A program made the translations under genes and the position numbers. This document shows, in pieces, positions 1 to 14,111 of a DNA stretch of 64,000 nt (position 1 is its first letter; every line of letters starts with the position of its first letter). The notes below the pieces were generated by a model, which had not been told where the DNA came from, ran no database searches, and was given only the letters and a program-made list of their open reading frames with translations. The stretch spans positions 21,638,001-21,702,000 of the forward strand of contig OZ024755.1 in assembly GCA_964016885.1 (NCBI GenBank), written 5' to 3'. This stretch comes from Eledone cirrhosa. Its lineage: Eukaryota.

Positions 1-229
1 AACTCTCACTCACATCCACACATGCACACACACACACACGTACACCTACACACGTACACCTACACACATACACACACACCACCTTCCGCCCTCCCGCTCG
101 AACCCCCTGTTTCCTTCTCCCCTCTCCCCCTCCATCCACCCACCATCACCTCTACACGCCTCGCACCCTTTCACCACTTGTTTTCATTTTTATTTTTTTA
201 CTCTCATTTTAATTTTTTTTCCTTTCCTT

Positions 230-420
230 TAATCCCCACCCCCTTTTAATGTCTTTCCACCACTCACCCTCACACCCTCGGAACTCTTTTCCTTCCCACT
301 TTTCTCCTGATGAAGGGCCTATGTCCGAAACGTCGTCCCCCACCCCCCGCTCTCAAGCGTGGACCTAATACCAACAGTTTGTACTGCATTCTTCGTTAGT
401 TTTTGTTTTTTGTTTTTAAC
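230..420 (+). mobile_element. Penelope-like pLTR fragment with minimal hammerhead core (family HH-1)
   Basis: CTGATGA-A-GGGC-ctat-GTCC-GAAACGTC at 307-334. A homologous copy lies at 21261-21485 (-). Abuts a (TA)n tract. Confidence 0.6.
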
Positions 421-422
421 AC

Positions 423-486
<64 letters not shown>

Positions 487-1550
487 CTGTTTCTACTTTA
501 GGCACAAGGCCAGCAATTACCCAGTGCATTACTGGTACTTTATTTTATCGACCCCCGTAAGGATGAAAGTCAAAGTCAAACAGTCTATGATATATTAACA
601 TTGAACTCACCCTTGGATGCCATGACAGTATTGTAAAATTAACAAATTTCTTTGACGATTAATACTGGTTTCAATTATTAGTGCGGAAGTTCAACTCCCG
701 CCGAGGTTAACTTTGCCTTTCATCATTAAGGGGTCGAAAAATAAAGTACCAGAACGCACTAGAGTCTATTTAATTGACCCCCACCCTCCCAAAAATTGTT
801 GGCCTTGTGTCTAAATTAGAAACTGTTTTTAGTACGGAGAAACCTCATTGACATTGTGATATTGCACTCAGTTTATTTAAGTAAACTCGTAATTGCATGC
901 TACTCTTTATATCCAGAAGCTGTGTTCAGTGTCGTGGAATTAGTAACCAACTTAAATAGTCTTAATCACATGTGAATATGCAAAACTTTTACGATGCTAG
1001 AATAATATAAGCATAATTATGAAGTTAAAGCTCGCAGGTACGAATTCGTTTCCTGCTTTTCATCATTCGAGAATTGTGCCTAATCTCATTTGAAATATTT
1101 CTGTAACAGTTGTCGAACCACAATCTTTATGAATAGAATCTGGAATATTATTCACGTTATGTGGAAGATGAGAGATTTGTATCGTCTGCTTAATACCATG
1201 TTAACTTGAGACAAGCAGCAACACAGAAGGTGGTGGAATATCCGTGGAAGGACATCCTATGTTGTCACTTAAGGTCACATGGGACTGAAAAATCCGTGTG
1301 TCAAACGAAGACTAGTAACGCTCAAATAGAGGTGTTTTTTTTTAGCTGAATACCTATCCATTGTATAAATAATGGGCGCTGCCTTATCTCACTTGTGCTG
1401 ATTTAAATCATGTATAGATTTAAAGACAGTCAGACTGATTTTCCCTAGGTACGTAGATAAGGTCATCCGCCATGAACCAACAACCAATTAGATTTGGGTT
1501 CGGGGGCTCACTCTATTAACTATATATCTTTGACCCTCGACTGTATACTA

Positions 1551-1605
<55 letters not shown>

Positions 1606-1608
<3 letters not shown>

Positions 1609-1717
1609 ATAATAGTAATAATAATAATAATAAAATTGAAGACTAAAATCCAAAGAGGGCTCGTTAAGGGTGAAAGCAGCGATTCTTTGCTTAAACTTTA
1701 ATCTGTTATTTTAATAA

Positions 1718-1718
<1 letters not shown>
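1606..1718. repeat. Short (TA)n-embedded interspersed element (family TA-B); other copies 4471-4620 and 49797-50003
   Basis: Shared ACTAAAATC(C/A)AAAGAGGGCT...GTTAAGGGTGAAAGCAGCGATTCTTTGCTTAAA; every copy is flanked by (TA)n. Confidence 0.75.
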
Positions 1719-1766
<48 letters not shown>

Positions 1767-1771
1767 AAATA

Positions 1772-1958
1772 TAATTGTTTTTACTTTTGGCCCAAGGCCA
1801 GCAATTACGCAGTACATTACTGGTTCTTTATTTTATCGACCCCGTAAGGATGAAAGGCAAAGTTAACCTCGGCGGGATTTGAACTCATACCATAAATGGC
1901 CGTAACTCTATGCTGCAAAGCAAAGCGTCCGACCCTCTACCGATACTGCCAATCCACC
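1772..1958 (-). mobile_element. tRNA-derived SINE, family A (full length)
   Basis: Minus strand has A box TGGCAGTATCGG, B box GAGTTCAAATCC, body GCCTTTCATCCTTACGGGGTCGATAAAATAAAG and tail ending AAACAATT. More than 15 copies in the window. Confidence 0.9.
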
Positions 1959-2035
1959 GATATAATATAATATAATTGTAAACGATATGCGAGGATATAT
2001 CAACTGAGAAACAAACTAGCATTTTATACATATAT

Positions 2036-2107
<72 letters not shown>

Positions 2108-2210
2108 TGTAAATGAAGCTCTGAAAATCTGTTTTTAGCCCATATATTCATAGAGCTATTCACGGTGTATTGAAATTCTGACGGATTGAAATAATTCATT
2201 TTGAACTATG

Positions 2211-2255
<45 letters not shown>

Positions 2256-2258
<3 letters not shown>

Positions 2259-2375
2259 GGAAAATTTGAACAGGAACAAAACAGAGAGGCAATACAACGA
2301 ATGTTTATTATATATATATATATATAATGGAAAATTTGAACAGGAACAAAACAGAGAGGCAATACAACGAATGTT

Positions 2376-2416
<41 letters not shown>

Positions 2417-2463
2417 GGAAAATTTGAACAGGAACAAAACAGAGAGGCAATACAACGAATGTT

Positions 2464-2470
<7 letters not shown>
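2256..2470 (-). repeat. Three tandem copies of a ~52-bp HH-1 terminal segment separated by (TA)n
   Basis: ATGGAAAATTTGAACAGGAACAAAACAGAGAGGCAATACAACGAATGTTTATT x3; nearly the same as 21262-21315. Confidence 0.9.
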
Positions 2471-2547
<77 letters not shown>

Positions 2548-3171
2548 TTGTATGTATGTATGCAATACTTGATTGGAAATAGATACACCAACGGCTGTAG
2601 ACAATTGTTTTATTGTCTTGCAATGATGTGTTGAAAAGTTAATTTCCGCGAAAAATTTGCCTCGAATGCGTTTAATGAAAAATAAACCATTAATAAATTA
2701 GATACAGAGTAAATCTGAGAAGTTAGTGTAGCGACTGACACCTCGTTATAATTATATCTCACTTCACTCAATCGCTAACAAACACAGAAAATATTTTGAA
2801 TAAATAACAAATTTTAAAAATGTTGTGAGTTGAGACATAGAAAATTAATTATGATTCTATTTTAAACAATGTTTGTTAAATGCATTTTTTGTCATTTTCT
2901 TTTTAGATCAGTTGCAGAATTTTATATTTTATGTCAAGTTACTTCCGAAGCACAAATTATTTTTGCATGTTCGTTGAAGGCTTATATCTTTGTCGCTTAT
3001 TATCTGCCACATTTAAAGTACCAAAACGATTATTCGGATATTACATTTTATGCTGGGGTAAGTTTATTTAGTAACTATAATTTAATTCCCGTTAACCAAC
3101 AGATAGAAAATCTTATAAGCATAAAGCATTTTACGACTATATTATATGATTTCATAATGTGTGTGTGTATG

Positions 3172-3234
<63 letters not shown>

Positions 3235-3238
<4 letters not shown>

Positions 3239-3391
3239 GAGGAATTGTGGTAAGGAACTAGATGGACTATAACGCACCAGAGTACTCAATACTTAGGGTA
3301 GTAGAGTGGGAAATAGGAAAAAGTATGACCCCGACGGTACAGAGCTCTAGCCGTTTCGACGGCTATTTCTGGACTAAATTTGTCTAAATTC

Positions 3392-3395
<4 letters not shown>
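3235..3395. mobile_element. (TA)n-associated foldback element (family TA-C); other copies 4318-4425, 10131-10357, 26611-26818
   Basis: Shared GTGGTAAGGAACCAG...ATAACGCACCAGAGTACTC-ATACTTAGGGTAGTAGAGTGGG; the copies at 10.2 kb and 26.7 kb contain inverted repeats. Confidence 0.75.
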
Positions 3396-3478
<83 letters not shown>

Positions 3479-3774
3479 CCTGCATGAAATGAAAAATATA
3501 TATTCTAATATCAAAATGATCGATGGAGGGATGTCAGTTAAATTGACTGTTTATATTTTCTCTAAAACATCTTTTGGAGTTGCTTATTATTTTTTGTCAT
3601 AAAGAAAGACACTTTTTTCTTTCATAAACAAATCAATTTGGAGAGAAATTATCTGCTTTTCTTGTTTTTCTTGAAAGAAGCAGAAGAAACTAAGAAGCTA
3701 AATGATTTCTCATGACTAGAACTGTTTCATTCGTTGGAAATCGCCATAGGAACATATATATATATTTATATATA

Positions 3775-4242
3775 TCATCATCATCATCATCATACATCCA
3801 CTTTTCTCTGCTTGCAAGGGTGGGACGGGTCCTATTCAGCTCATCATCTCTCCATTCGTCACGGTCCTTTGTCCTCTCCTCCATGAGCTTCAGCGATCTG
3901 AGGTCAGCTCTCACCACCTCCACCCATGTTTTTCGTGGTCTTCCTCTACTGCGTCTTCTTCTACTGGGATTTCTTGGCACTTCTTTACCCACCAGTCATC
4001 CTCCATGCGCATCACATCTCCATACCAACGCAGTCTTCTCTCCCGCACACTACAGCCTATCCCTCTTATACACAGTTTTTCTCTCAACTCGTCAATGCTT
4101 GGTCGTTCACGCACATTGGCATTACACATCCAACGGAGCATGCCTGCTTCATGTCTCTCCAACCATCGCATATCCTCCGCAGTTGCTGCCAATGTCGCAC
4201 TACCATGCAGTATCGCGCATCTCACACGCGCATAACATCGTT

Positions 4243-4245
<3 letters not shown>
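3775..4245 (-). mobile_element. RTE-clade LINE, 5'-truncated 3' end
   Basis: Frameshifted ORF EAGMLRWMC...RERRLRWYGDVMRMEDD..VKKC...RRSRGRPRKTWVEVV followed by a (GAT)n tail. Confidence 0.9.
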
Positions 4246-4320
<75 letters not shown>

Positions 4321-4423
4321 CGAAGGAAGTTTGGTAAGGAATCAGGTGGGCCATAACACACCAGAGTACTCGATACGTTGGGTAGTAGAGTGGGTAATAT
4401 GAAAAGGGGGTCCTGACTCTTTT

Positions 4424-4474
<51 letters not shown>

Positions 4475-4613
4475 ATAATAATGAATGTGAAAACTAAAAT
4501 CAAAAGAGGGCTGGATAAGGATAAATATATATAAGAACCCTAGAGCAAATATTTGTTTCAGAAGATCCCGTTAAGGGTGAAAGCAGCGATTCTTTGCTTA
4601 AATTTTAATGTTA

Positions 4614-4734
<121 letters not shown>

Positions 4735-5425
4735 GAAATTAATGCATGCAAGATTTTACAGCTCTGGTATCACTCCTTCATAGTCAGCCTATGAACATTT
4801 CAGTCCACCTTCGTACTACTCCTTCATTAAAAATATGAAATTTAGTTGTAATTCTACAGTAAGAATAAAAAAGAAAGAAAGTCACTTTTAACAGCGTCTG
4901 TATCTTATAGCATATTGTCTTGAAATGACCACGACCAATATGTCTTAGTAGTTACTTCTTTCGTTGAATAAACGAAGAAAACTGGACATTTTTGTCAGAG
5001 TATTAATAATTCGGTATTATACTTGTGGCCTACTAATTATACAAGTCACCAATGATTGTTAGAAATTTGAATTAGTCTACTTAATCATATGTAATTAAAT
5101 GAATTAGAAATATGAGCAGAAAATGGTTTTGTAATTTGTAATCAAAATGAATACAACTACTAACATTTGCATCTCTCAAGAGGATGCGAAGTTAATTAAA
5201 TACGTCAAAATAAGTTTGGCATCACCAATCTAATCGATAGATCCTCAATAAGAATTACACTGAAATAGGTAAAATTACAGTGCTGGAAATGTTTAGACGG
5301 GGGCGCAATTCCACTGCTTGCCATAGGCGCTATTTTCCCTAGTTACACCTCTGAGTCTGTTCCTCACATTTAGTTGTGGTGGAGCTTACCTAACAAACTA
5401 CGAACGCTACTCTTCTGCTAAAATA

Positions 5426-5457
<32 letters not shown>

Positions 5458-5660
5458 CACGTACTCCTTGTTCCTCCATCCAGGAGCTACGAACGCTGCT
5501 CTTCTTCTTAAGATTATCCAATGAAAGAAATACATTTTTTTTTCTTTTTTCTTTTGTAGGTTTTCCTTTGATTCCGAATTTAATTTACGCAATTATTCGA
5601 GGAAAGTTGTATAATGAGAGGTATTACATATTTCTTTAACCACGATATTATTCAATTGTC

Positions 5661-5704
<44 letters not shown>

Positions 5705-6007
5705 GGGGGATATGTCTTTTGTTGGGCAAGTTTATATAAACAGTTGTGCATCTAGTTTCGTCTTTCATGCTTCTGATTTCATATTCCACTGAAACGCGCT
5801 TTATCTTTCATCTAACACTCTAGTTGGTATTAGAACCAAAACTCGGTAGGTACAAGTCTCAGAGAAAGAAGAATGTAAATCTAAGGTACTACACCCCCCC
5901 CCCCCTCCCCCCATCATGTTTTAAACAATCTAGTTAGTAATAAAGTATAAGAATTTCAAACATATTTTGAAACAGATAAGTTATATCATACTTTAATGTT
6001 GACTAAT

Positions 6008-7312
6008 AGGTGGTGAATTGTTAGAGTCGTTAGAACGTCGGATAGAATGCTTTGAGGTATTCGTTTCGACACTCTGCTCTCTGAGTTCAAATCCCATCGA
6101 GGTCAACTTTGCCTTTCATTCATTCGAGGTCGATTTAAAAAAAGTACCAGTTTAGTACTGGGGATCGATTCTTCCTCTATATCTCTTCGTCACTGGCATT
6201 ATTTCACTCACAAGGGCGGTGAATTGGCAGTATCAGTAGAGGGTTGGACGCCATGCTTTCTAGTATAGTTACGTCCCTTTATAGTCTGAGTTCAAATCTC
6301 GCCGAGGTTAACTTTGCCTTTCATCCTTACGGGGTCGATAAAATAAAGTACCAGTAATGTACTGGGTAATTGCTGGCCTTGTGCCTAAAGTAGAAACAAT
6401 TATTTCACCCACTCCTCTATCCTGCACTGGGAGAAATATGCTGTATTCTGAACTGGCTCTGCCACGTGTTTTTTTAATTCCCTAGAAACCCCGTATGTCA
6501 ATGCGGCGTTCCTACGACTCCACCAGAAGTTACGAGACCATAAATACATGTAATGTTGACTATATACACCAACTATATTACTCTGTAATATTGACTTTAT
6601 ACACCATCTATATTATTCTCTAATATTGACAATATACATCATCTATATTATACACTAACATTAACTATATACACCATCTATATTATACTGTTTTATTAAC
6701 TATATGCACCATGTATACTATGCTCTAATATTAACTACATACACCAACTATACTATACACCAACTCTATTATGTTCACGATAGAATATTTGAGTAGAAAT
6801 TTGGTGTGCTTTATATTTTGCTTATCGACTATTAGGGTGTCAGGCACCATGCTTTGCAGCATAGAGTTAAGGCCCTTTACGTTCTGAGTTCAAATCCCAC
6901 CTAGGTTAACTTTGCTTTTCATCCTTACGAGGTCGATAAAATAAAGCACCAGTAATACATTGGGGTAATTGCTGGCCCTGTGCCAAAAGTAGAAACAATT
7001 ATTATTACATTATAAATCTCAGTGAGATCAACTTTGCCTTTCATTGTTTTGAGGTCGATAGAATAAAGTACCAGTAAAGTATAATTTACTTTCTTCTATC
7101 TCGCTTCAAATTGCGGGCCCTGTGTTCGGTGGATTGGCAGTATCGGTAGAGGGTCGGACGCCATACTTTCCAGCATAGTGACGTCCCTTTACGGTGTGAG
7201 TTCAAATCCCGCCGAGGTTAACTTTGCTTTTCATCCTTACAGGGTCGATAAAATAAAGTACCAGTAATGTACTAGGACATTGCTGGCCTTGTGCCAAAAG
7301 TAGAAACAATTA
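6008..7312 (+). mobile_element. Cluster of family A SINEs (6008-6165, 6214-6402, 6835-7002, 7020-7080, 7128-7312)
   Basis: Repeated A/B boxes, body and tail, all in the same orientation. Confidence 0.9.
6555..6775. repeat. Degenerate ~35-bp minisatellite
   Basis: About 6 units of ATATT(G/A)ACTATATACACCATCTATATTATACTCTA. Confidence 0.8.
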
Positions 7313-7659
7313 TTACAATGCTCTAAGTGTATAATTCTTCACAGAGAAATCACGTAAGTTAATGTTATCTATTGTATGAAGTGACTTGGGAAATAATCAT
7401 ATGAACTTTAGCCAGACTAATGTAGACATATATAAATTTATCTTACAGTCAGACATGTCACATTTACTATATAATATAACATCTACTTAACATTTTTACT
7501 CCATCTTGTTTTGTCTTTTTTTCAATTTGCGCAGATGCTGGATGAACAATACTGGCGGGTATGAATGGATTCTTTATACTCCAAATCTACTTTGCCTTGT
7601 CGTAAGTAACGTAATGTTAATATATGTAGTTTAGAGATGTTTTATTTTGTTGATATCGG

Positions 7660-8040
7660 TGTACGAGAGACGGCGTGATGCTAAAGCTGTGAAATCTTGC
7701 AGGCATTAATTTCAACTCTTCTAATTAATAGATAACTACATTGTTTCTTTCCAGAGACAGGCATTAATTTCAACTCTTCTAATTAATAGATAACTACATT
7801 GTTTCTTTCCAGAGACTATGTTGAAAAATAAACCTCATTTGGTAATTCCCTTAGAGTATGTTGGCCAGCCTATGAAGGAGTGGTGCTAGAGCTGTGAAAT
7901 CTTGTATACATTAATTTTCAACTCTCTTCTTATTAATAACTGCATTGTTTCTTTCAAGAGACTTTGTTGAAAAATAAACCTCATTTGGTCATTCCATGAG
8001 AGAATCTTGGTCAGCTTATAAATTTTTCAGCCGACCCTCG
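7660..8040. mobile_element. Mariner-type MITE with internal duplications; relatives at 4740-4815, 11256-11690, 24767-25070, 57715-57896
   Basis: Family terminus GTCAGCCTATGAACTTTTCA-CCGACCCTCG-TA resembles a mariner TIR plus TA; a matching left TIR-like end is at 24769. Confidence 0.7.
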
Positions 8041-8360
8041 AATGGCTTAGTGGTTAATGTATTCGGCTCACGATCGTAAGGTCGTGAGTTCGATTCCCGA
8101 CGACTCGTTGTGTCCTTGAGCAAGAGACTTTATTTCACGTTGCTTCAGTTCACTCAGCTGGTAAAAATGAAGTTATATCTGTAAATCGAAAGGCCGGCTC
8201 TGTCACCTTTTGTGTCACGCTGAATCTCCCTGAGCGCTACGTTAAGTGTACACGTGTCTGTGAAATATTCAGTCATTTACACATTAATTTCTCGAGAAGT
8301 CAGTTCCGTTGACCGAATCAACTGGAACACTTGTCGTCTTAATCGACGATATACCAGTTA
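8040..8360 (+). mobile_element. tRNA-derived CORE-type SINE (family B); others at 18150-18410(-), 32900-33240(+), 43955-44205(+), 62610-62755(-)
   Basis: A box TGGCTTAGTGG, B box GAGTTCGATTCC, then TTGTGTCCTTGAGCAAGA. Confidence 0.8.
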
Positions 8361-8775
8361 TTGTTGTAAATAGCTGTGAGATTGCAGTAAATAAGCGCCA
8401 TCGCTTCCTACACTCACTTTCAAACAAAACTCCATTCCAAAGTCACTCCAAACTGCAATAAACTTACGTTCCTGTCGAGATAATATCTGCCGTCTACTTC
8501 TTTCTTAGTTTTTTACCAGTAACACTTCTAGTGTAGTTGTAGGGACATCATCATTGCATTCGTCGCTTTAAATTTGGCGAGACTCATCCCTTCTCGAGGT
8601 CGGAACACAGCTGATTTATTTCAGATAAGGAAAGAGGGGGAGATAGATAGATAGATAAATAGAGAGAGAGTCTGTGTGTGTGTGGGGGTGGTGGTGGAAA
8701 GAGAGAGCGGAGGTTAGAAAGAGACATTCATCACGCACAGACACACGCATTTATATATATGTATATATATATATA

Positions 8776-10112
8776 CTAGCAGTTTAGCCCGGCGTTGCTC
8801 GGGTTTGTTCATTTGCTATGAAAAGTTACATACAGGTAAACGTGGCTTGAAAGCGAATAAGCTTATCAATTAAGTGCATAAAGCAGTTGAACCGGTTATT
8901 AAAAGTTACGAACCAATTAGCATTTTGGACAATCAATGATGGGTTAATAATCTTCCAATAGCGAATTTAGCAGACCAAAGTTGCAAGATGGTGGCCCTGA
9001 TGCCGCTGGGTGTCAAGTGGGAGTAGCGAAAATTTCAATTGAACAGTGAATAAATGGAAAGTGAGTACTAAGTAAGTTGTATGAAGAATGCACGTCAAAT
9101 AGTAAGTCAAACCTGTAAGCCAAGCCCGTCTGAGTTATAGCACAAAAGAGCGTAAACAGGGGCGATATTTTGGAGCACACTGGAAAATAAATCATCGAAA
9201 TCGGAGGTTCCTGAAAATGTTTGTCTCATATTGCAAAAAACAAAGAAAAAAATTACGAAAAGGACAACAATAAAATATGTCTTTGTTGAGATTCAAGTAA
9301 ATGAATGCGTCGTTATGATTACGTTTGTTGTTTTATAAATTCATCTGTTGCTTTTGAATATTTGTTATTTGATGTAAAATGTAACGGTGAGAGAGGAGTA
9401 TGTATTTAGTGTTATCCGCTTTTTAAGTTTTGTTATTTGATGTATGAGCGTCGTTATGACTATGTTTGTTGTTGTATAAATTGATGTGTTGCTTAGTTAT
9501 CAAAGTTTATTTCGCGTTCCTGAACGAAGAGGGGGAATGATCTATTATAGAGAGAGGGAAGAGCGACAGAGAGAGTAAAGCTAAGAAACCATAAGGAGGT
9601 GTGTTAAACCTCGAAGCATGAAGAGAGTAAAGCAGTTAAATTATAGAGAGGGGGGATAATCTATTTTAGAGAGAGGGAAGAGCGACGGAGAGAGTAAAGC
9701 TATGTTTGTTGTATAAATTGATGTGTTGCTTAGTTTTCAAAGTTTGTGTCGCGTTCCTTGAACAGAAGTTTTGTCGCTGTTGTAAATTGTAATGGTGATA
9801 GGGTAGTAGACGGAGGCAGTAACCTTTTAAAGAGAGTTGCAACATGTATGTAGTTTCATAGATTGTTGATGGTAGTAGACAGAGTGAATAAGCGTGTAAG
9901 AGAGAGGGTTACGGCATGTATTTAGCTTTATCGATTTTTTTTTCATTCATAGAAGCGGGAAATTTTTGGTAAAGTTTATTAGGCGTTGACCATCCTTGAT
10001 AAATTTGGAGCACATTGGAAAAAAATCATCAAAATCGGTAGAGAAATGTGGAAATGCATAAAAATCATACACACACAGAGACAGACATCTTCCGTTTTAT
10101 ATATATTAGAGA
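8776..10112 (-). mobile_element. Non-autonomous Helitron
   Basis: Minus strand begins A|TCTCTAATATATATAAAA and ends with hairpin CCCGAGCAACGCCGGG then CTAG|T; no target-site duplication. Confidence 0.85.
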
Positions 10113-10354
10113 TAGAGAAGAGATATATATAACGAGGGAGTTGTGGTAAGGAACCAGATGAACCATAACGCACCAGAATACTCAATACTTAGGGTAGTAG
10201 AGTGGGTAATTTGAAAACGTATGACCCCGACGGCAGAGCTCAAGCCGTTTCGACGGCTATTTCTGGACTAAATTTTAATTTTGAAAAATTTCTAATTTAG
10301 TTCAGAAATAGCCGTCGAAACGGCTTGAGCTCTGCCGTCGCGATCATACGTTTT

Positions 10355-10412
<58 letters not shown>

Positions 10413-11255
10413 GGGAGACAGAGATAGTTTATGATATTGATGAAGTGGGGAGGGGAGTTGTTGATATAATGGTACTTTTATTATTGACCTTGAAAGGATG
10501 AAACTGCCAGCTACTTAATTTCGTCAAAATTAAGATATGATTCGGTACACCACCGCCTACTAGGCAGGTTCCTTCTCAATGGCCGATGATGTATCAGGGA
10601 TTCTGTTGTTAAGACTTTGTTTAAATCAACAACCCTCCACATGACAACAACGATAATGGTAATAATGATGATGATGATGATGATGATCCAAACTAGATAT
10701 TTTACTGAATCTATTTTAGTATCGAGAATACTGAGTTCAAGTCTGATTTAGAATAGGATTTGTTTTTCAGCCTTCCAGGTTCGATAAAATAAGAACCAAT
10801 CTATTGGATCGATAAATGCCATCGGTTAAATATAGCATAAAGAAATATTTATATGCCGAGAAATCATGGGAGGATGTCAGTATGCGAGTCTGGATGAATT
10901 ATCTCCCCTATTTATACTGAATTACTGTAGTTATTGTTGTTCTATTTTAGGGGAACTTTCTCTTCCTGATCTACATACTGGTTGTATTATTTAACCAGCT
11001 GCAAGCTCATCCAAATGAACCACATGATTATAGGTAAGTTCAGCAAATAGTTACTTCGACGCCATCTCTACATTGTTTTCTTTTTGTTGTCGATGTAAAT
11101 AAACTCTATGAATTATCAAAGGGCTGGAAATGTTTGAGATTTTGAAATTTGAAAATGTGAGCGTCCAAAAGGCAGAAGCTAACTATAATTGTTTCTATTT
11201 TTGGCACCAGCAACTTCCCTTCTACTGGTGCTTTATTTTATCTACTCCGTAAGGA

Positions 11256-11690
11256 TGAAATCTTGCCTGCATTAATTTCAACTCTTCTTAATAAATGACA
11301 GCATTGTTTCTTGCCAGGGACTATGTTGGAAAATAAACCTCATTTGGTCATTCCATGAGAGTATCTTGGTTAATCTATGAAGGACTGGTGTTAGAGCTGT
11401 GAAATCTTGCATGCATTAATTTCAACTCTTCTTAATAAATGACAGCATTGTTTCTTGCCAGGGACTATGTTGGAAAATAAACCTCATTTGGTCATTCCAT
11501 GAGATTATCTTGGTTAATCTATGAAGGACTGGTGTTAGAGCAGTGAAATCTTGCATGCATTAATTTCAACTTTTGTTAATAAATGACAGGACTGTTTCTT
11601 GCCAGGGACTATGATGAAAAGCAAACCTCATTTGATCATTTCATGAGAGTATCTTGGTCAGCCTATGAACTTTTCAACCGACCCTCGTAT
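11256..11690. repeat. Three 144-bp tandem units of the mariner-MITE internal segment, ending in the TIR
   Basis: TGAAATCTTGC recurs at 11256, 11400 and 11544. Confidence 0.85.
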
Positions 11691-12095
11691 ATATATACAA
11701 ATATACATTGATACGACAGGCTTCTGTACAGTTCCTGTTCACCAATTTCTACAGACAAGTTATTGACGAAACTCGGGGTAGGCTACAGTTGAAAAATAAT
11801 TCGCCAAAGTACCGTGTAGTGGGATCGAAACCTACAGCGCACAGCTGTGCCTGAACATACACATATTTATAATTTACAATTAAATAGAAAGTGTGAATAA
11901 TATGAATAGAAAATTAATTTCTTTCTATAAGTAGCTAATTAATGAGTGACCTATGCCGGCTCCGGTAGATTCTAATTGACAATTGTGATTGGAAAATAAA
12001 TGTGCTGAAGGTGATGATGTCGGAGAAAATCGAAGAGAGATGAGAGAGGGGAAAGCATACTTTCTGTATTAACTGTTCAATTAATTTATAGATAA

Positions 12096-13332
12096 TGTAT
12101 GTATGTATGTATGTATGTATGTATGTATGTATGTATGTATGTATGTATGTATGTACGTATGTATGTATGTATGTATGTATGTATGTATGTATGTACGTAT
12201 GTATGTATGTCCGGGAGAAATGACCCCTTAGCCTTTGTCAAGGCAGAATTCTAGAAGGAAAACTCTGATATAACACCTGCAACCCTGATGGTATCCAATG
12301 ATGTTGACTTGTTCTTCTTTTTGGTAAATATCATCTTGGTTAAGAGAGTGGGACTGGCTTTGTGCAGTGCCTTTGCTCACTATAAAAGCTTCACGGCACC
12401 GGCATTGCTTTATATCTGGAGATCTCTGATCTCTCTGCACTATGGTACCATGGGCCCAGCACTATGTGTCAATGATTGTCACAAGTGTAGTGTTTGTACC
12501 AGAGTTTTCAAGTCGCTGGCTGGACTAAAAAGTCACACTCGTTCAGCGCATCGGTAGGGGTTTTCCTACATGGATATAAAGTAGTGGCCGTACTCGAAAA
12601 CCAGTTGGCAGCCACCATGTATGTATGTATGTATGTATGTATGTATGTATGTATGTATGTATGTATGTATGTATGCATGTATGTATGTATGTATGTATGT
12701 ATGTATGTATGTATGTCAGGTCACCAGTTGATGCTACTGGTAACATGTATCCCAGTACAACCTGTCTCATGGTCGGGTCGTTGGCGACTAAACTGGCAAC
12801 CCCACCAAGGTTTCTTGGCGCGGAGGGTGACTTTGGACATCCTACAGGACTAAAAACAAAACCTGTCAAAGGGCAAAGGAGCTCTTAAGAGTTAATGGCC
12901 ATCCAAAATCACCGGGAGAGATGACCCCTTAGCCTTTGTCAAGGCAGAATTCTAGGAGAAGGAAAACTCTGATATAACACCTGCAACCCTGATGGTATCC
13001 AATGATGTTGACTTGTTCTTCTTTTTGGTAAATATCATCTTGGTTAAGAGAGTGGGACTGGCTTTGTGCAGTGCCTTTGCTCACTATAAAAGCTTCACGG
13101 CACCGGCATTGCTTTATATCTGGAGATCTCTGATCTCTCTGCACTATGGTACCATGGGACCAGCACTATGTGTCAATGATTGTCACAAGTGTAGTGTTTG
13201 TACCAGAGTTTTCAAGTCGCTGGCTGGACTAAAAAGTCACACTCGTTCAGCGCATCGGTAGGGGTTCTCCTCCATGGATATAAAGTAGTGGCCGCACTCG
13301 AAAACGAGTTGGCAGCCACCATGTATGTATGT
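12096..13332 (+). mobile_element. Tandem pair of short non-autonomous RTE-derived elements with (ATGT)n tails
   Basis: 12211-12616 is nearly identical to 12912-13320. Carries the RTE 5'UTR-like motif CTAGGAGAAGGAAAACTCTGA and a C-terminal CSVCTRVFKSLAGLKSHTRSAH finger, with no RT. Confidence 0.7.
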
Positions 13333-13350
13333 AGAGAGGTTGTGTGAGTG

Positions 13351-14111
<761 letters not shown>

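Noticed and set aside
2256-2470. Repeat-spacer array
   Set aside because: The spacers are only (TA)n; it is a slippage duplication of an element end.
4555-4590. Hammerhead in family TA-B (CAGAAGA-TCCC-GTTAA-GGGT-GAAA)
   Set aside because: The core reads CAGA rather than CTGA in both copies that have it, and stems I and III are not evident.
8040-8100. tRNA gene
   Set aside because: The A/B boxes run into a SINE body with no acceptor stem or terminator.
12288-13261. Two 89-aa ORFs ending in a C2H2 finger as host genes
   Set aside because: The finger is the C-terminus of an RTE-type ORF inside a duplicated repeat with a microsatellite tail.
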